A DNA stretch of 64,000 nucleotides, taken from assembly GCF_964355755.1 (NCBI RefSeq), contig NC_092675.1, positions 2,413,812-2,477,811 of the forward strand. The letters are read 5' to 3'. The translations under genes and the position numbers were made by a program. Below the pieces are notes generated by a model that had not been told where the DNA came from, searched no databases, and saw only the letters and a program-made list of their open reading frames with translations. Below are positions 26,811-40,372 of this stretch, piece after piece (within the stretch, counting starts at the first letter, position 1; every line of letters begins with the position of its first letter). This stretch comes from Antedon mediterranea (lineage: Eukaryota > Animalia > Echinodermata).

Positions 26811-29800
26811 GCGCTGGACTCGACAAATTTAAGTCATAAAATGCGGTAACCAAATTGAACATGCGTTTAAAAATGTAAATTAGCAATCTAAATATTATAA
26901 CATTCAAACATTCTGCCCGAGATTTCTTAAAACTTCATTCGTATTGGACTTTATCTAGGTCAAGTTGGATCCAAAGAGTCTAGTGTGATTGAGTATTTAT
27001 ACTCGATATTTCAAAATTCTTTCAATAATAGTATATGATGTTCTTACTGTGGCTTCATTAAGCGGTTCATAATAATCTTAAGTGTAAGTTATTAGAAAAT
27101 CCTGGACTTAGAAACCAGGACCTCAAATAAATTGAACTCAAAACAAATGTCTTTTTACTTCCTTATATAGGCCTCCTACAACAATAGTTGGTGTAGTGGC
27201 GATTGAAAACAAACAGTGTTTCCTTGTCTTATCATTCTATCAATAGAATACCAGTACGTGCATATCCAATGTGTTGTATAATTATGTCTTTATTTAAATT
27301 GTTATGTAAAAATAATAATGGTCTCCGTGTCACTTCGTTTAAAATGTTAGGTTACCGTCAATATTGTATGCCTGGGATTACTTCTCCTTTAAATTTCAAT
27401 TTCACAGCCCAGCTCACTTTTGTTTGTTATTAAAAAACAATTGTAAGCGAAAGAACGAACTGCTATTTACAAAAACTAAATTGACAATACTGTACATTCT
27501 TAGACTGAAATCAATTTCGGTGGTCTAGAACTAGCTAGGAACGTGACCTAGAGATTGTGGGTTCGAGTCCCAACATAAAATTACTTGCAAGTATAGCCAT
27601 CCGGTGTAATTAAAAAATAAATTAGCCTGAAAAAAAAAACTAATTTATAGCTATAAAAATTAATTTCATTTACTTATAATATGCCTACAGTATTGTGACG
27701 ATATAAAATGTAACGCGAGTTACAATGATACGTATGATCAAACGTTGCGGGTGACAACGCGATCGATCAAACGAAAACGTACCACCGGTAGTGATAGATT
27801 AGTGCTAATTGTTATTAGTTGCGCAACATTACGATCGATTGGACATTGCAACACTGACAATGAAAAGGAAATACAAGTTATTGCAAACATGTATATTGTA
27901 TAATAAGCTAAGATGCGCACTCATAATGAATAAAATGTTTGCACTCGTGACGCAAACGATGTCAATTTGTACGTGTTTCTTTCCACGTACGACGGAAGAA
28001 TCTTTGAACCAAACGTTGATACTTGCATGCACGTGATATGGTCAAAGTGTGAAATTGAAAATGGCCAAATGTTGCCTTTTAAGCACTTCGCGCTTCAATT
28101 ACAACATAGGTGCAACAGGCCGAGGGAATTCAAGCTCAATGTGTGCTAACCAGAAGAGCCTTAGTAAGAATAGTGGACATGCCAAAAATATTAAGAGCGT
28201 TTAATACAATTCCAATATAAAAATAATTAATGTTTATTCATGTTTTAGAGTGTTTTTAGAGATTCAAAATACGGTTGTCGATAGTGTAGTCCCTTGAACT
28301 CGTAGGTGGCCCAAAGTTGGATACGGGCAATTCCAAATTAGCAAAGTCATGTTCATTATCTCTTCACAGCCATCTGCTTCCTGAAACAGTACTTTTCTTA
28401 AGCTAGGAACGGAACTTTTGACAGGGAAGTTATTCAATCTTATTATTAGCGTTACTGAAACATAGCTACCCGCCGACACTGTCAACGATAAGTTAACAAT
28501 GCACACAACAAGCAAGATTCACTCTTCCCTTATTCAACCCAAATTTCAGTGTTTCGTGGGCCCGGATTCAATATCCAACGACTCCCAGCTCAGTAGATAG
28601 GGGTTAAAAATTGAAAACGGGGCGTGAAAATTCACCACCTCATCAAAAGGACTAGGCTATAGAGGCTGCAGCGGGCCTTTACTAACATTATCTCCGTTCA
28701 AAAGCAGCTCCAATCCTAATTCCCTAATTGGGAAAGCATTCTTAAGGGTCAACTATAATCAAGAGTATTACTATTAACAAGATAATATTATATAGTTATA
28801 ATTATTGTTGACCGACTAACGAAACAAACTTATCATATACAATCGAATGTTGATCATTACGGACAATTATAAAAAAAAAAAACATATCTATCTTTACAAA
28901 TAATGATTATTGCGGTAGGTCTATGTTAATTGATTATTTGATAAGAATAGGTGTGTAACAGTAGGCCTACTTCCTACTTCGATTTATATACTCATTCATA
29001 GATAGATTGATGCACGTATGCAGGAGTAAATGACCGGTAACCGGTACTACTTTCTACACAGTCAAACCGGGAAAATAAAACTGCCAATTGTTGTAATTTC
29101 CGCGTGGGGATAGGCTACTCATGAAGGAATTAGTTCAGTACCAATTCCATCATTCCGCGATGTGTATACCAGTAGTACATCAGGAAATAGAATAAATAGA
29201 GATGGCATTATTATTGAGATTATTGAGAGATTTTAATTAACGAATGAATGGTACTGGAGCATAAAGGTCAAATCATCAACCTCACATTACGTCTTTTGTT
29301 GAATCAAACATATGAAAACCTAGATGCCTCCTATTTAGAAAAAGATAGTTTAATTGGGAAGGCGTAGGCCAATATCAGTCTCACGTGACGTCCTAGATCG
29401 AAATCTAGATAAACAATATGAAAGGCTCTGCCTATTTGTAAGATTCTAAAGTCTAACTACGATTTTGTGTAAATAAATATTGAATTATCTATTTAATTTC
29501 AACATACAATACCAACACTACATTGAAAAAACCACATGAGAAGGAAGTAGGTCTAAATAAGTACTGTGCATTATTTGACACACGTGTGTTGCGTCACATA
29601 ATTCACAAATATGGATCTAGCACGCATGTCGCGTTTATTATAATAAGTACAAAATGGAAAGGGGAACTTCTGTGAAAAATCCCTAATTTGTTTTCTACTC
29701 AAAGGAGACGCACTTCAAATGTTCAGCAAAACATCAATTGTATATTGTAGAAGTCCTCAAACACATAAAACGTATCCGGTACAGGCCGCAACATTTTCTT

Positions 29801-31134
29801 TTCGGAACGTTTAATTAGGCAGGAATGATGAATAACTTATGAGATTAATAATTAAGGTATAAAGCGCGCGTACGGGCCCTGTCATTTTATAATTATTTAT
29901 ATAATGTTTGAATATTTGAATCAAATCCTGTTGGATATTGAAAAAAAAACAAATAACAACATGACAACATGGGCATGTTTTCTCTTGTAAATAAAAAAAA
30001 CAAAAACAATAAAATCAAAACCAATTGTTAAAGATTTAGATAATTTGATAAACTGCGAAGTAGCTTTTATTTGTCCAACGAAACAAATCAAAACATACGG
30101 CATCCAGATCACTACCTCTAGAATATCGAACTTACGATGACTATAGGGTTAGCACAAAGAAGTAAGTACCGTACCGCACCAAGCAAGATGATAATGACTG
30201 TTTTATTATCTACTGCGAAATTAGTTTTGCGTCAGGGAGCTAAAAATCGTTTTGCGTTGGCGTTTTGTGTTCTCAAATGTACGGAGTTTAAATTAAACAG
30301 TCAGTGGAGGAAAAACATTTGACCAATTATTATTTTGTTCAAGTGTTCTCATCTACCAGGGCCACCGGTGCACCAACGTTGCCCGTTTTTAGTTATCTAC
30401 TTGCTGATCAAACGTCAGTGTAATTTATAATAATGTCCAAATTAAGGGCACCTTTTATTGTCATTACGTGTTTTTTTACAATGGAAATTATAAAACTACC
30501 TTTAAATAGTTTTGTGCATTTTTTGTCGTCACAATCAATTGTCATCGAGTTGATTCGAAGCCTATATCACATTTGTGCGTGTGTGTAAAGTTAAGTTAAC
30601 GATTTGATAATTACCAGTTGCTGAAACTATACAAGATAAAGCTAGAAAATAGTTTGCTGTATTTGTGTACAACCAATTAAATACATTTGGTAAACTAAAG
30701 GCTAAAAGGCTTACATGTACTTAAGTTGGTAACTAACAACAAATGAAAACTGTGACCTAAACATAGCATCCACATGAGTGTACCTTCATTATCCACTGTT
30801 TACGTCATACATAGAACGAATTAAAGAACGTTCGTCACACTGGATCCAAAAATACATTTTTAAAGAACTATAGATAAATGACAAAAGATGTTAGAATTGA
30901 CACATGATGATTGTTGCAGAAAAATGAAATCACGTTGAAATGATTAGTCCTACTTTGCAGAAGTGAACTAGTTTCTGTGATAATTATTTTGTGGTTTATT
31001 TATTTATCAACAATTCGAAAAACAGCCTAAGAGAATTGAAAACCATGGCCAATTGCCCAGAACAGAACTGGGAACATTTTGTTTTTGCATAGTTCTTGTT
31101 TTTTCAATCTAGACATTGTGGGTGTGGTATCCAT

Positions 31135-31720
31135 CCTTCAAAAGAGAGTTCCTCCTCCAAGAGAAGAAGAACAGTTTCTCCTCCAAAAGACAAAAGAAAT
31201 GGAGAACAGTTCCTCCTCCTAAAGACAAAAGAAATGGAGAACAGTTCCTCCTCCTAAAGACAAAAGAAATAGAGAACAGTTCCTCCTCCAAAAGAGATAG
31301 AGAACAGTTCCTCCTCCAAAAGACAAAAGAAATAAAGAACAGTTCCTCCTCCTAAAGACAAAAGAAATGGAGAACAGTTCCTCCTTCAAAAGAGATGGAG
31401 AACAGTTCCTCCTTTAAAAGAGATGGAGAACAGTTCCTCCTCCAAAAGAAACAAAATTGAGAAAAGTTACTCCTCCAAACGAGATGGAGAACAGTTCCTC
31501 TTCCAAAAGAGATGGAGAACAGTTCCTCCTCCAAAAGAAATGGAGAACAGTTCCTCCTCCAAAAGAGATGGAGAACAGTTCCTCCTCCAAAAGAGCTGGA
31601 AAACAGTTTCTCTTCCAAAAGAGATGGAGAACAGTTACTCCTCCAAACGAGATGGAGAACAGTTCCTCTTCCAAAAGAGATGGAGAACAGTTCCTCCTCC
31701 AAAAGAAATGGAGAACAGTA
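31135..31720. repeat. Minisatellite, ~28-bp unit AAAAGAGATGGAGAACAGTTCCTCCTCC, ~20 copies
   Basis: Directly visible array with 28-34-bp variants. A degenerate relative lies at ~32915-32990. Confidence 0.95.
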
Positions 31721-33223
31721 CTAGGTTAGAAACACAATTCACTGGTGGATAATAACAATTATCTCTACAAGAGGTGGTGGAGAGGTGGCCAAGATTATTT
31801 ACACAATACAGTTTAGGATCTATAGTTCACTGCATGATGTCTCACTATTGTTTTTGTCAACTAGTCCTATACATTCCCCCGACCTTGGTTGCTTATTCAG
31901 TTTTGTGTACTTTAACTATTCAAGCCTAGTGAGTCACCATTTCTTTAAAATCGTTGTATAACTCACCCTAAAAGATATTATTGAAATCTTGTATGGTCAG
32001 TGAGTGGATAAATTTTGCTGGGTAGTACAGAAAGTCAAACAAGGACCAAAAATAAAAGTTTAGGGGTGATTTAAAATTTTGCATAATCAATCTATTGTTT
32101 AACTCTGGACAGCATTTACAGTTTATTTATTTTCAGCATTATTTTCATTCATTTTCCTTTTTTTTCTCAATTCTGAATAGAGGTTAAAATTCACGCCTCC
32201 CTCCCTCTCTTCCATTGTTTAAAAAGTCCACTATTTTTCACCACAACTTTGGAGTGACTATAAACTTGTTTTGTTATTGTTGTTTATTAATTTGTATGGT
32301 GAGCATAATAGAAAATAGTGTGCATGTGGTAACAGCATCATTATCACAATTAAAAGCTTGGTTAAAATTAACTTTATGATTGCCTATTATGTCTGGCTTT
32401 CTGAAAAGTCTGCTATGTGTTTTTAACGAAAACAACATTGTGGAGCCTGTTGGACCTCATACAAAGTCTGGGTTTGAAAAGTTTGTTCCATTTTTCAGAG
32501 AGTTCAATATTGGTACCGTTAATTGCTGCATGACTATTATTATCAAACTAACCATTACATTGGGCTGTCAACTTAGAAAAACTCCCAGGTATGAAACCAC
32601 AAATTTTAAGTAACAGTTCCGCAATATCCTGTTAGGGAGTATACCACCTTCCTGAGTAAATGCCAAATACTTCCTTTTAGAAAGCTTCTTGCCTTTTACA
32701 CACCACCAGGTAATATGCAAGTCATCAATATGGTGGTTCCTTAATATTTTTTATTTCATTTATACAAATGCCGGCCTTAGTCTAACAAAGGTAGCCCGGG
32801 TTCCACTCCAGGGCTAAAAAAAAATTGTTTAAATTACTTGGGCAACATATGGCTAACTGGAAGACCTGTTTTCATAAAAGGCAAAAACAAAATGAATTGA
32901 ATATAATTTGATGGATTCCTCCTCCAAAAGAGATGGCGAAAAGTTCCCCCCCTCCAAACAAGATGGCAAAAAGTTCTTCCGCCAAAAAATAAAAGAAAGG
33001 CACATATAACAATGGATATTACTGGTTTCTCTCTCCTTTATCATTTGTTGATGGTTGTTATGGAATCCAATGCATTTATATCATAGACAGTTTGTGTGAA
33101 ATAAAGTTAAATTGAATAACATTTTTTTTCTAATTCCCTGTTCTCAGATGTGAGTGTGTATTTCTATTGAGTAGAGTAGTATTCACTGTACCTGAGGGCC
33201 CAATCTAACATCATGCACCATAG

Positions 33224-33350
33224 AGCTTTGTTTCACACTATCAAACTTTATGTGATGTGCCAATATAATGGACATGACGATTTCATATCACTACCATATT
33301 TAAGCATATCACTACCATATTTGGGCACATTTTTTGTCACACTTGATTTA
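33224..33350. mobile_element. MITE family A copy (reverse orientation)
   Basis: AGCTTTGTTTCACACTATCAAACTTTATGTGA..ATATCACTACCATATTT x2..GGGCACAT. Confidence 0.7.
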
Positions 33351-35211
33351 TAAAGCTTGAAGCTTTGTTTCACCTCCTCCAATAATGGATGATGTATATT
33401 TTACAATATTGGACAAAAATTATGTAATTTGCAACGAGTGACCATACCAGAAGCTGTGATTAGTCACTTCAACCAAAAACATATATGTTTAGATAGTCAT
33501 CGCATCACGATACTGATGTCATTATTGACATATAATTAATAAAACAATGCAAACTCACCTATCAACAAAGCAAAGTCATTATCATTAAATATTAATAATA
33601 ACATCATCACTACTTTACAATAAGGCTATTGTTAAGAATATATACAAAGTAGCCACATATCATTACAAAATAGAAAAATTAAATTACCATACATTTTTTA
33701 GCATAGTCATTACTGTTTTGCACTGAATATATTTTAGGTTCCACTAAAACTTAAACATTCTTGACAGTTTGCTACCCTAGCAAAAATCATATGTTTAGTG
33801 CATATACATAGGTTGAAGTTCATTTTAAGAGAAAGAAAAAGGTAAAAAAAATGATCAATTCTTCAAAATAATAATAAATATATTAATAATATATTAATCC
33901 AAAAAGATGGAAAAGCAGTAGAATCCACAGTGTCAGTGTAAATGTAATACTTTAAAAATGTTGTATACTTGACACAAACACTGGCAAACAGCCTATAAGT
34001 ATATATAAATCATACTGTCAAATTATAGAAACAGTGCTCATATTCGGCACATGATCTCATAATTGCGTCAAGCATAGTTCATTGGTGAAAGTATATATAG
34101 GTATACTTTATCTATGTTGACTCCAAATGATATAAATTTTATTTCGTTGAGTTTATATTTTTAGGAAGATAACCTTCAATTTCCATTGAAACAACATTGG
34201 TAGTATGATAACCATTCAGTCAAAAGGAATTCTAACAACCATTTTGAAGATGTTACCTAACACCTATAGCTTAGTCTAGGTTCTAGTCGGAGACTTAACT
34301 GATATTAGTAAAAAGATAAATATTTTGGCACATATGGCATTTCATACGTATACTACTTGAGCTTGTAATTGAAAAGCCGACTGGTGGACTAATATAAAAA
34401 AAGACAGAATTACAGACTTGGGGCAAGTCTAGCTATTATGTGTTATGAATGCTAGTGACAGAGAGGATACAATATTTTAATGTAAGAAATAATCTGTGGA
34501 AAGTATTTGTATATTCTAAAAAAGAATGAAAGGGTAATGCCACTTTAAGAGTATCAATACAGACAAAATAATTCATTTGAAAACTTTTGAAAATGAACAA
34601 TAAAAATTCAGCAGTGATTCTGCTAAAATGTGATGACAGAGCGTAATATACTAGCCGGCTTTTTACTCAATGTATAAATAGACACTTATTTCAACTGTTT
34701 TGGCTGAAACGAGTCAACCAGTAAATCCGTATTCAAAAGGACACAGATTGAATGCCGTTCAGTGACAAAGATGTATATTATTCTCGGTAAATAAGCTTAA
34801 AATCTTTTACAGAGACGTCATCCATGCCTCTTCACAATACAGTAAATTCAGGATCTAATAAATTCCTGACAGAACTGAGTTATTAAATTAAATACCAAAG
34901 GTTGCTAACCAAAAAATTCAAGGCCACAAAACTTTAAAAATAATATAAATTTGATTGGTGTACTCATACTTTTTTTTAACAATATTAAAAACTGCTAGTG
35001 TGGGCTCACATTATTATTTTTAAAAAACCTAGTACTGTATCGCCAACTATACAGTTTGTTTTTAAGGTTTTATATTTAAAATAAATTGTATAGATATTAT
35101 GATTGTAAACCGTCAAGAAAAGAAGGTATTTACCATATACATATTGTTTATTTTAAATGCTGATTTTATCTGTAATTGGTGAAGGTTTAACTTAGGCAGT
35201 GTTCCACAAAA

Positions 35212-35651
35212 GATTTTGTGAGAAAAAAGCAAGCCAAAACAAATCTCTACTCATATCAACACAAATTATCTTTATCAGAAAGTGAAATATTTAGGTTAAA
35301 TGGAAATGAAAGTGTTTTGTTTACATTATAAAACTTCACCAAAATATAAATAAATAAATAATAAAATAAATATGATGCATTAGATGATGTAAAAACCATA
35401 ATGGATAAAATAAAGCCCTAAGCAAGATTCAGATTATTCTGTGATCCTATAAATATGTCATACCATTGTTTGCATTTTGTATTTGGATGAAAATATAATC
35501 ATCCTAAATTGGATTTTGATTTTGTGAGAAAAAAGCAAAACAAATCAAATCTCTACTCAAATCAATACAAATTATCATTATCAGAAAGTGAAATAGGGAA
35601 ATGAAAGTGTATGTTTACATTATAAAACTTCACAAAAATATAAATAAATAA
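35212..35651. repeat. Local direct duplication of ~140 bp; the spacer is also copied at ~37740-37900
   Basis: TTTTGTGAGAAAAAAGCAA..TTTACATTATAAAACTTCAC..AAATAAATA at ~35212-35360 and ~35520-35651. The spacer TATGATGCATTAGATGA..ATCATCCTAAATTGGA recurs near 37740. Confidence 0.8.
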
Positions 35652-37180
35652 CTGGAATATTTCTGCTTGTTTCTTTCTACAATAATTTATTTACAGTACT
35701 TATATTAATGTTTAAAAACTGATGCGAAAGACATAACATCTCTATTGTTTGTAAAAGAGGCTTGGAATACTTGGAATAACTACAAAATCACCATATTGTA
35801 TCCATATGTTTAAGGTACTAAACAACAATGGTGATACAGTACAGTGTAAAGGATGGTATGACAAGCCCTAATGAAAAGTCAGCTCCTGATAACCCTACCC
35901 TGTTTTAATAGCATTAATATTGTAGGCCTTGCATATGTCTGGTTTTTCTGAAAAGTTTAGTTGAACAAACAAGTTCAGTTGAATATATTTATCCTAAAAC
36001 TTAATAGTACTGGATGAATGACAATATTCATATCCGTAGTATTCAGAATGTGTTTTTAATGGTAAGAGAAGAAGTTGGTAGCATTTTGGGCTTTAACAAA
36101 AATCTAGTTTAATCATTTTGTTTGTTACCGTCTGTTTACATGTTGTCATTGGTGGTTGTCAATGTTGTTTTATTGGTCATGTTTATTTTGTGTAGTATCT
36201 TGTTCATCGATTTACTTGTTTGTAGTATCTTGTTCATTGATTTACTTGTTGTTGACAATTATATTTTTTCAAAGTAAACTGATGAAAGAAATTTAGTAAC
36301 AGATTAAAAAAATATAGATATATACAGATACATGTAGAACCCTTATTAAAAGGGGACACATTAGGTACCCAATGAATTTCCTGCCTGCTGTTTATAAACA
36401 TATATTTGTTTGTTTCACAGCAATATAATAGGTGTCTCACAAGAGGATCTATCTATATCATTTTGGTAATAAAATATTAAATACAGTAACTAATATTTAA
36501 AAAAAATACAAATATGCTACAAAGTAGGACGGTACTAAAAATAATGATTATAAAAGGTAAATATTTTATTTTAAGCCTAAACTTGAAGTGTTCATAGACT
36601 AAAACCAAAATGTAGTCAGTATAAGTAACTTAATCTAGATTAGTGTGTGAAGTAGTCACTTTCAGTGCACAAACAAGGCCTTAATCCTCCAACAATGACT
36701 TTAAAAAGGATGTTAACAAATGATTGAATAGTACACGGAAATAATGCAAACTCAACTGAAAAACAAAACACTTTTTGTTAGTTTGTAAATCACTATAACG
36801 ACATCAGATTTTAAGACTAAGGAAGTTGGCATGCAGTTACCTTAATTTAAGTCACAGTTATTAAAAAACTATAAATAATAAATATATAAATGCTATTTTA
36901 ATATAAATAGAAACTCTTAAATGAACTGATAGTGTAAAACATATCTTGTCACATCTGTTATTTTATTTGCATTTATATATTATATTTTATACAGGATTAC
37001 ACAATCAGGTAAAAGAAAACCTGTTTTGCATTGTGGTCCTGTCATAAATACAAAAAAAAAAGCAGGGGGGGGGGGGAGGGATAAGATCGATATGTAGCTT
37101 TGAATGAAGCAACTGTTGGGGAATATTACATTTCAGTTATAGTGTTACAGTGATGTGATACAAAACCATGTATTGTAATA

Positions 37181-37350
37181 TACACTGATGAAGGGCTAGT
37201 GTTGCCCGAAAGCTCTGCTAACTTTTCTGGCTGTTTTACTTCTCGTTTTGATTTAGCTTTTCACTTTTATTTTGTATCTCCATTGAGATCCCGCCACTGA
37301 TACCCACAGCATTGTCATTTTTTCAGTAATTTGCCTTTGGATTTAGAGTA
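37181..37350 (+). mobile_element. Penelope-like element terminal fragment with a minimal hammerhead ribozyme motif
   Basis: CTGATGA-A-GGGC-tagtgtt-GCCC-GAAA-GCTC at 37185-37215. The downstream TTTTTCAGT.ATTTGCCTTTGGAT recurs at ~51654-51677. Confidence 0.55.
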
Positions 37351-37454
37351 ATATATATATACATACATATGTTAATACTATATAAATTTAAAATACATGT
37401 TGTATAGGAATATGTGAATGGGTGTGCGCATGTATAGATGTTTTAATACATAAA

Positions 37455-37656
37455 CAGGCCTTGTCTTTTGAAAATCATAGGTCTGCTACAAATTGCACTC
37501 CTCAATACATTCAGAGGTGCTGGAGGTGTGCTGTTTGTATTTTTATGTGTAAAAGTTTATCAAATTATGGCGTGTTGTAAATCGCACTCCTCAAGGGCAG
37601 TTTAGGAGTGTGTTAGGGGAGTGATCGCACTCACTCACCTTAAAAGACAAGGCCTG
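37455..37656. mobile_element. MITE with perfect 15-bp TIR and 6-bp TSD
   Basis: cataaa|CAGGCCTTGTCTTTT...AAAAGACAAGGCCTG|cataaa. Confidence 0.85.
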
Positions 37657-38509
37657 CATAAATGTTTCTGCATACCTATACTGTAAATGGGTTGGTTATG
37701 CTTGTAGATCTAAATACTGTAGTTATGGTAGTTAGTTAATATGATGCATTAGATGACGTAATAAATGTAAAAAGCACAATGGATGAAACAAAGCCCTAAT
37801 CAAGATTCAAAATAGAACTTGATGTAAATTACTTTGTGATCATATAAATATGTCGTACCATTGTTTGCATTTTGTATGAAAATAATCATCCTAAATTGGA
37901 AAAATTCGGATTAGGTCCTCTACAGACCCACGGCAGCCACAATACAGTGCCTACCATCAATGACAGACTGAGATGGAATGTTTCAAAAGATAAATGGGGT
38001 TCTTTCAAGTACAATAGAAGTCAAGTTTTAAGTTCTTATCTGAGAAGACTTGTTCTATCTACTAACTAACTACTGGTCAAGGGGAGCCTCAAACATGCTA
38101 CGGTTTGCAGTGGTCTGTCCATTCAACTCAACTATTATGAAAATATGGTTATATAAAAATGTTTATTTATTTATAGAATGTTATTTCCGTTTAAAAATAT
38201 ACATTTGTCAAAAACCCCCTGGTACAAGGAAGTAAATAAGCGTATATTGGTGACAATGCAAGTATTTTAAACTCAAACAAACAGCTTTTATACAATTTTT
38301 TTTATTAGGTTATTTTTTTGCATTGTTATTGTATGCTTTCTGTTCATTTTTTAAGTAGGCCTATATTTTAACAATTCTACTATTACACAATGTAACAATG
38401 ACATTTGAGAAATAAGTCATAAACTATGTAATTGGGAATTATATTAATGTTACAATGAAAATTTTTACCAACGCATTGGTAAAAATAATACAATTGGTAG
38501 AAATGCATT

Positions 38510-38600
38510 TCCGGACAACAACCCCCTGGACAATTACTCCTCCGACAACTACCCCTGGGATATTACCCCCTGGAAAACTACCGTCTAGGACAACTAACCC
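38510..38600. repeat. Short array of ~16-bp GGACAA(C/T)TACCCCCT units, typical of DNA-transposon subterminal repeats
   Basis: CGGACAACAACCCCCTGGACAATTACTCCTCCGACAACTACCCCTGG... Confidence 0.6.
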
Positions 38601-38856
38601 TGTATACATATAACCTACTCGAAAAATATTCTCGAATGTTGCCTATTCATGAACAAGTCGCAACAAGTCCTAAACATAATAATAATAATAATAACAGGAT
38701 TTTTATAGCGCACATACCACTCAAGAGTGCTCAAGGCGTTTTAGGTGTAGTAAACTGGAGCGGTCCTAGTAAACACCACACGATACACAAAGGTTATGAT
38801 GCTAATACTTAGTACTCTAGAAGGGTGTATATAGAGGGTTAGGTTCAGTTAAAGAT

Positions 38857-39380
38857 CTGGGTATTTTAGACGTTTTTAAGTTGTTTGAATTAAGTATAGT
38901 TAAGTTTGTTCATAACCAAATAAACGGCAAAACACCACATCAAACAATGGAATACTTTTATTTAATTACACATAATGCTAGTACCAGATTTAGTAATAGA
39001 TATAATTTTGCAATTCCGAAAGCTCGCACAGATGCTGGTAAATTTAGAATTTCTTTTAATGGAGCTCAACTTTGGAATAATTTACCCTTAGTTATAAAAT
39101 GTACCTCTTCTAGATTTAAATTCATAAATGAAGTTAAATGTTTACTTTTACAAAAATATTAATGTTAGCCCTTGTTTACGTTATTTCTTTCATATATTTG
39201 ATGTTTCTTTCTTATTGAATTATTGTTGATAGATGAAAATGTATGCATTATGACTAATTTATTTTTTGTGACAGGAGTCAAATCTTGATTAGCGAAAGCT
39301 ATTTTTTGGCTCCTTTTCACACACACATACATATTGTATTGTATTGTACTATTTATGTATGATGATGTGAATAAAGTTAG
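38857..39380 (+). mobile_element. 5'-truncated LINE (CR1/L2-group) ORF2 C-terminus plus 3' UTR
   Basis: ORF 38881-39162 reads TRFSNRYNFAIPKARTDAGKFRISFNGAQLWNNLP..FKFINEVK, the characteristic end of L2/CR1-group RT ORFs. AATAAA follows near 39371. Confidence 0.75.
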
Positions 39381-40174
39381 TATACTGTATATATTAGTTA
39401 TATTTAGCATTGAGGTTGATTATTTAAAGTTATGTTGATTAGTGTACTAACATATTAGTATCTAGGGTTAGGCGCCTGTGGTACTATTAAGCATAGTGTT
39501 GTGTGATGTTAATAGTAGAACACCACTAGAGGTGAATCTATACGAAGTAAATTTTGCAGAAACGAAATATTATTTTAATGAATTTCTCTGATTCCACCAA
39601 TGTTTTCAGTGGAATGTATACTGTAACCATACTAGCTAACTGTGGAGTAATCAATATTATGATAACAAAAACAAACAATGAAGAATTATTATTATTATTA
39701 CACAACTATTCAAGCTCAAATAATTACATGCATGCACACAAAAGTTGGCTACAGTAATTCTATTGAGGTTAGCCTAGTCATAAAATAATATAGGCACTAG
39801 TTATGTGGCTTTTGATATAAATAAATAGTAGAGACAAACTGAAAGTGAAATGTGGCGAGAGAATACTTCTTTAAACAGTTAATATGTGAAAAGTATAAAT
39901 AAGAGAATGGAGATTTAGTTACAGGAGTATAGGAATAGTGTTAAACAAATGCTGCTTGCAGGTATCAGAGTAGGTTGAAATTAGGCTGGGGGGGGCTGGG
40001 TAGAAAACGTGTCCCAGCTCATGACCGCAATGTGGCTTTTGCTAGGCTATGAATGGATCGATCAAATAAACCATGACAAAAAAGTTATTGATTAAAATTA
40101 AGTATGAAGCAAAGTATTCGGCACAAATAAGTAAATATTTAAGCTTTTAACACTTATTAAACATGTCTATGGGC

Positions 40175-40372
40175 CTTAAGACCTATGGTGATCAAGCTTT
40201 TGCAGCTCCTAAATTGTGGATCAATCTTCCTGATCCTGTTAAAAATGCATCCTCTATCATAGTTTTCAAAAAACTCTTAAAAACCCATCTTTTTTCTTTG
40301 TAATTTCTTTCTGTTTTTTCTCTCAGCTCTTTGAGACAATCTTCTGATTGTATAAGCACTATATAAATCGAC
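40175..40372 (+). mobile_element. L2-like LINE 3' fragment
   Basis: Encodes KTYGDQAFAAPKLWINLP..FKKLLKTHLF, followed by an L2-type tail AAGCACTATATAAAT. Confidence 0.7.

Noticed and set aside
28264-28515. 83-aa minus-strand ORF with a possible acceptor (TTTCAG|GAAGCAGATGGC)
   Set aside because: No recognisable motif, no ATG start and no partner exons found.
31109-31752. Seven overlapping ORFs on both strands (MENSSSSKRDGEQFLLQK..., MEEELFSISF...), and a superficial resemblance to a CRISPR array
   Set aside because: All are translations of the 28-bp minisatellite. The units are contiguous with no unique spacers, there are no cas genes, and the context is eukaryotic.
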